Assembly: GCF_009914755.1 (NCBI RefSeq)
Contig: NC_060940.1
Reading direction: 5' to 3' (one strand)
Length of the DNA: 64,000 nucleotides
DNA from: the human T2T-CHM13v2.0 reference genome, Homo sapiens
Below are positions 58,305 through 64,000 of the stretch, one piece after another; positions within the stretch are counted from its first letter, which is position 1; each line of letters opens with the position of its first letter. The translations under genes and the position numbers were made by a program. Under the pieces are notes generated by a model. That model searched no databases and was not told the origin of the DNA. It saw only the letters and a program-made list of their open reading frames with translations.

Positions 58305-61300
58305 CCTTTCAATTCCAATCTATGATGATTCCATTCGAGTCCGTTGGATGATTCCATTTGATTGCATTCGATTATTCCATTATATTCCAGTCAACGATGA
58401 TTCCATTCGAGTCCATTCGATGATTCCATTAGAGTACATTTAATGATTGCTTTGTTTTCAATTCGAAGATGATTACATTGGATTCCATTCTATGATACCA
58501 TTCGATTCCATTCAATGATGATTCCACTCAAATCCATTGGATGATTCCATTCGTGTCCATTCGGTGATTTCATTAGATTCCATTCGAGGATGATTCCATT
58601 CGATGATTCCATTCAATTCCATTCGATGATGATTCCATTCCAGTCCATATGATCATTCCATTTGATTTCATTCGATGATGATTCCATGCGATTCCATTCG
58701 ACGATTCCATTCTATTCCATTCGATGATGATTCCATTCGAGTCCATTCGATCATTCCATTCGAGTCCATTTAATGATTCCATTGGGTTCAATTCAATGAT
58801 GATTACATTGGATTCCGTTCTATGATTCCATTCAATTCCGTTCATTGACAATTTGATTCCATTCGATGATGATTCCATTTGAGTTCATTCGATGATTCTA
58901 TTCGATTCTCTTCGATGGTGATTCAATTCTATTATATTGGATGATTCCATTCGATTCCATTTGATGTTGATTCAATTCGATTCTATTCGATGATGATTCC
59001 ATTGGATTTCACTTGATGATTCTATTCGATTCCATTCAATGATGATTCACTTCTCGTCCATTGGATGATTCCATTTCATTCCATTCGATGATGATTCCAT
59101 TCGATTCCATTCGATGATTCCATTTGATTCCATGCGACGGTGAGCAATTCGATTCAATTCCATGATGATTCTATTTGATTCAATTAGATGATGTTTCCAT
59201 TCGAATCCATTCCATGATTATTCCATTGGAATCCATTCGGCGATGATTCCATATGAGTCAATTCAATGATGATTCCATATGGGTCCGTTCGATGATAATT
59301 CCATTTGATTTCATTCGATGCTTCTATTCAATTCCAGTTGATGATGATTCCGTTGGAGTCCATACGATGATTCCATTTGATTTCATTTGATGATGATTCC
59401 ATTCGATTCCATTCGATGATGATTACATTGGATTCCATTCTATGATTCCATTCAATTCCATTCGTTGATGATTCGATTTCCTTGAATGATGATTCCACTT
59501 GAATTCATTCAATGATTCTATTCGATTCCGTTCGATGGTGATTCAATTCTCTTATATTGGATGATTCCACTCGATTCCATTTGATGATTATTCCATTGGA
59601 GTCCACTTAGTGAATCCTTTAGATTCTACTCGAAGATGATTCCATTCGAGTCCATTCGATGATACCATTCAATTCCATTCGTTGATGCTTCCATTCAAGT
59701 GCATTCGATGATATCATTCGATTCCATTTGATGATAATTCCATTTGATTCCATGCGATGATTCTATTCGATTCCATTCAATGATAATTCCATTCACTTCA
59801 GTGATTCCTCTGGACTCCATTTGATGATGATTCCATTCAATGATTCCATTCGATTCTATTCGAAAATGATTCCATTTGAATCCATTTGATGATGATTCCA
59901 TTAGATTCCATTTGATGATTCCATTCGATTCCATTCGACGATGATTCCATTCGATTCCATTCGATGATGATTGGATTCGATTCCATTTGATGACTTCATT
60001 TGATTCCATTCGTTAATGATTTCGATCAATTCCATTCGATGATTCCATTCGATTCCATTCGATAATGATTACATCCGAGTCCATTCGATGATTCCATTTG
60101 AGCCCGTTCGATAATTCCATTTGAGTCCAATCAATGATTCCATTCATTTCCATTCAATGATTCCATTCGAGTCCATTTGATCATTCCGGTAGGGTCCATT
60201 CGATGTTGATTCCATTGGAGTGCATTCGATGATTCCATTCGAGTCCATTTTAGGATTTGATTCGAGTCCTTTCGATGATTCCATTCGACTCCACTCGATG
60301 ATGATTTCATTCGAGTCCATTCGACACTTCCAATCGATTCCATTTGATGTTTCCTTTCGAGTCCAATTGATGATTCCATTCAATTCCATTCGATGATGAT
60401 TCCGTACGGTTCCATTCTGTGATGATTCCATGTGATTGCATTCAATGATGATTCCTTTCGATTGCATTCGATTATGATTCATTTCGTGTTCATTCTATGG
60501 TTCCACAGGTTTCCATTCGTGTCCATTCCATTATTCCATTCTATTCCATTTGATGATGATTCCATTCGATTCCATTCATTGGTGATTCCACTCAATTCCA
60601 TTCAATGATTCCATTCCATTTCTTTCAACAATGATTCCATTAGTTTCTAATAGATGATCCACTTGATTCCATTTGACGACGATTCCATTCTTGTCCATTC
60701 AATGATTCCATTTGATTCCAGTGGATGATGATTGCCATCGATTCCATTCGATCACTCCATTCTATTCCATTTGATGATGATTACATTCGATTCCATTTGA
60801 TGATTCCATCTGATTCTATTCGAGGATTCCATTTGATTCCATTTGATGATGATTCCATTCGAGTCCATTCGATGATTCCATTCGATTCCATTTGATGATT
60901 CCATTCGAGTCCATTTAATCATTACAGTCGAGTCCATTTGGTGATTCCACTGGATTTCTTTTGATAATGATACCATTCAATTACATTTGATGATGATCCC
61001 ATTCAATTTCATTTGATGATGATTCCATTAGAGTCCATTCGATGATTTCATTCGAGTCCCTTCATTGATTCCATCCGATTTCATTGGATGATGACTCCAT
61101 TCGAGTCCATTCGATGATTCCACTCGATTCCATTAGATGACTCCATTGGAGTCCATTTGATTGTTCCATTCGATTCCATTCGATTCCTTTCGAAGATTAT
61201 TCCATTTGAGTCCATTCGATGATGATTCCATTCCATTCCATTCGATGATTCCGTTTGATTCCATTCGATGATTCCCTTCGATTCCTTTCTTTGATGATTC

Positions 61301-61596
61301 CATTCCATTCCATTCAATGATTCCATTCGAATCTATTCCATGATGATTCCTTTCGATTCCATTCGCTGATGTTTCCGTTCAATTCCATCCGATGATTATT
61401 CCATTCGATTCCATTCATTGAGGATTCCATTTGATTCCATTAAATGATGATTCCGTTCTATTCCATTCAATGATTGCATTCAATTCCATTCAATGATTAT
61501 CCCCTTAGAGTAAACTCAACGATTCCATTCAATACCATTCGATGATGATTCCTTTTGAGTCCATTCAATGATTTCATTTAAGTCCATTTGATGATT
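58305..61596 (+). repeat. Unit 11: 3,292-bp triple-deletion variant (49 + 2,630 + 141 bp removed)
   Basis: Offsets step 58304 -> 58255 -> 55625 -> 55484; 6112-2820 = 3292. Confidence 0.9.
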
Positions 61597-64000
61597 CCTT
61601 TCAATTCCATTCTATGATGATTCCATTCGAGTCCATTCGATGATTCCATTCGATTGCATTCGATGATTCCATTATATTCCATTCAACGGTGATTCCATTC
61701 GAGTCCATTCCATGATTCCATTAGAGTACATTTAATGATTGCTTTGTTTTCAATTCGAAGATGATTACATTGGATTCCATTCTATGATACCATTCGATTC
61801 CATTCAATGATGATTCCACTCAAATCCATTGGATGATTCCATTCGTGTCCATTCGGTGATTTCATTAGATTCCATTCGAGGATGATTCCATTCGATGATT
61901 CCATTCAATTCCATTCGATGATGATTCCATTCCAGTCCATATGATCATTCCATTTGATTTCATTCGGTGATGATTCCATTCGATTCCATTCGACGATTCC
62001 ATTCTATTCCATTCGATGATGATTCCATTCGAGTCCAATCGATCATTCCATTCGAGTCCATTTAATGATTCCATTGGGTTCAATTCAATGATGATTACAT
62101 TGGATTCCGTTCTATGATTCCATTCAATTCCGTTCATTGACAATTTGATTCCATTCGATGATGATTCCATTTGAGTTCATTCGATGATTCTATTCGATTC
62201 TCTTCGATGGTGATTCAATTCTATTATATTGGATGATTCCATTCGATTCCATTTGATGTTGATTCAATTCGATTCTATTCGATGATGATTCCATTGGATT
62301 TCACTTGATGATTCTATTCGATTCCATTCAATGATGATTCACTTCTCATCCATTGGATGATTCCATTTCATTCCATTCGATGATGATTCCATTCGATTCC
62401 ATTCGATGATTCCATTTGATTCCATGCGACGGTGAGCAATTCTATTCAATTCCATGATGATTCTATTTGATTCAATTAGATGATGTTTCCATTCGAATCC
62501 ATTCCATGATTATTCCATTGGAATCCATTCGGCGATGATTCCATATGAGTCAATTCAATGACGATTCCATATGGGTCCGTTCGATGATAATTCCATTTGA
62601 TTTCATTCGATGCTTCTATTCAATTCCAGTTGATGATGATTCCGTTGGAGTCCATACGATGATTCCATTTGATTTCATTTGATGATGATTCCATTCGATT
62701 CCATTCGATGATGATTACATTGGATTCCATTCTATGATTCCATTCAATTCCATTCGTTGATGATTCGATTCCCTTGAATGATGATTCCACTTGAGTTCAT
62801 TCAATGATTCTATTCGATTCCGTTCGATGGTGATTCAATTCTCTTATATTGGATGATTCCACTCGATTCCATTTGATGATTATTCCATTGGAGTCCACTT
62901 AGTGAATCCTTTAGATTCTACTCGAAGATGATTCCATTCGAGTCCATTCGATGATACCATTCAATTCCATTCGTTGATGCTTCCATTCAAGTGCATTCGA
63001 TGATATCATTCGATTCCATTTGATGATAATTCCATTTGATTCCATGCGATGATTCTATTCGATTCCATTCAATGATAATTCCATTCACTTCAGTGATTCC
63101 TCTGGACTCCATTTGATGATGATTCCATTCAATGATTCCATTCGATTCTATTCGAAAATGATTCCATTTGAATCCATTTGATGATGATTCCATTAGATTC
63201 CATTTGATGATTCCATTCGATTCCATTCGACGATGATTCCATTCGATTCCATTTGATGATTCCATTCTATTCTATTCGATGATGATTCCATTCGATTCCA
63301 TTCGATGATGATTGGATTCGATTCCATTTGATGACTTCATTTGATTCCATTCGTTAATGATTTCGATCAATTCCATTCGATGATTCCATTCGATTCCATT
63401 CGATAATGATTACATCCGAGTCCATTCGATGATTCCATTTGAGCCCGTTCGATAATTCCATTTGAGTCCAATCAATGATTCCATTCATTTCCATTCAATG
63501 ATTCCATTCGAGTCCATTTGATCATTCCGGTAGGGTCCATTCGATGTTGATTCCATTGGAGTGCATTCGATGATTCCATTCGAGTCCATTTTAGGATTTG
63601 ATTCGAGACCTTTCGATGATTCCATTCGACTCCACTCGATGATGATTTCATTCGAGTCCATTCGACACTTCCAATCTATTCCATTTGATGTTTCTTTTCG
63701 AGTCCAATTGATGATTCCATTCAATTCCATTCGATGATGATTCCGTACGGTTCCATTCTGTGATGATTCCATGTGATTGCATTCAATGATGATTCCTTTC
63801 GATTGCATTCGATTATGATTCATTTCGTGTTCATTCTATGGTTCCACAGGTTTCCATTCGTGTCCATTCCATTATTCCATTCTATTCCATTTGATGATGA
63901 TTCCATTCGATTCCACTCATTGGTGATTCCACTCAATTCCATTCAATGATTCCATTCCATTTTTTTCAACAATGATTCCATTAGTTTCTAATCGATGATC
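61597..64000 (+). repeat. Unit 12 (partial, runs off the window; unit positions 1-2404), same variant lineage as unit 11
   Basis: Offset 61596 (62987-1391 and 63485-1889). It shares diagnostic indels and SNPs with unit 11. Confidence 0.9.

Larger units (their letters stand above)
1..64000 (+). repeat. Human Satellite II (HSat2/HSATII) pericentromeric tandem array, probably subfamily HSat2B (16q11.2-type, ~6.1-kb unit)
   Basis: Continuous CATTC-derived sequence with abundant CATTCGATTC and CATTCGAGTC, punctuated by GATGAT(GAT). This matches the classical Sat II consensus (ATTCCATTCG)2(ATG)1-2 rather than the purer (CATTC)n of HSat3. ORF offsets give an exact 6,112-bp period. Subfamily and chromosome are recalled from the literature, not verified. 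Confidence 0.97.

Noticed and set aside
186-63823. About 130 short minus-strand ORFs (MESSNGIEWNHRM...)
   Set aside because: They are direct translations of (GAATG/GGAATCATC)n, which is rich in ATG and poor in stops on this strand. They overlap in several frames, are broken by random SNPs and indels, and show no domain or gene structure.
1-64000. CRISPR-like array of 23-26-bp repeats
   Set aside because: There are no unique spacers and no cas genes; the monomers are contiguous degenerate satellite.
1-64000. HSat3, alpha satellite or CENP-B boxes
   Set aside because: CATTCGATTC and GATGAT dominate and pure (CATTC)n runs are only 3-4 copies long. There is no 171-bp period, and I saw no CENP-B box.
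1-64000. Strand inversion within the array
   Set aside because: No GAATG-rich tract appears on the + strand; polarity is uniform.

Overview
The whole 64 kb window is one uninterrupted classical satellite array with no genes. Its motifs are CATTC/CATTCGATTC-rich, with 23/26-bp basic monomers of the form (ATTCCATTCG)2(ATG)1-2, which identifies it as human Satellite II (HSat2/HSATII). It is organised into an exact 6,112-bp nested tandem unit. A ~6.1-kb period is what I recall for the HSat2B array at 16q11.2, so the chromosome assignment is an inference. Bases 1-30560 hold five almost identical full units, whose SNPs show a 12,224-bp dimer periodicity. From ~33.3 kb onward the units diverge and are rearranged, with spacings of 4687, 5541, 6112, 5440, 5964 and 3292 bp. 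Every large junction maps onto the 6,112-bp unit at (micro)homologies, and two right-hand breakpoints are reused. One unit carries a ~870-bp HSat2-like block that I could not find in the canonical unit. All CATTC motifs lie on the + strand, with no inversion and no transposon insertion. All listed ORFs are translations of the satellite and are not genes. I found no evidence of a novel coding system; the interesting signal is array architecture and evolution. Coordinates were derived by eye and from ORF-track offsets.
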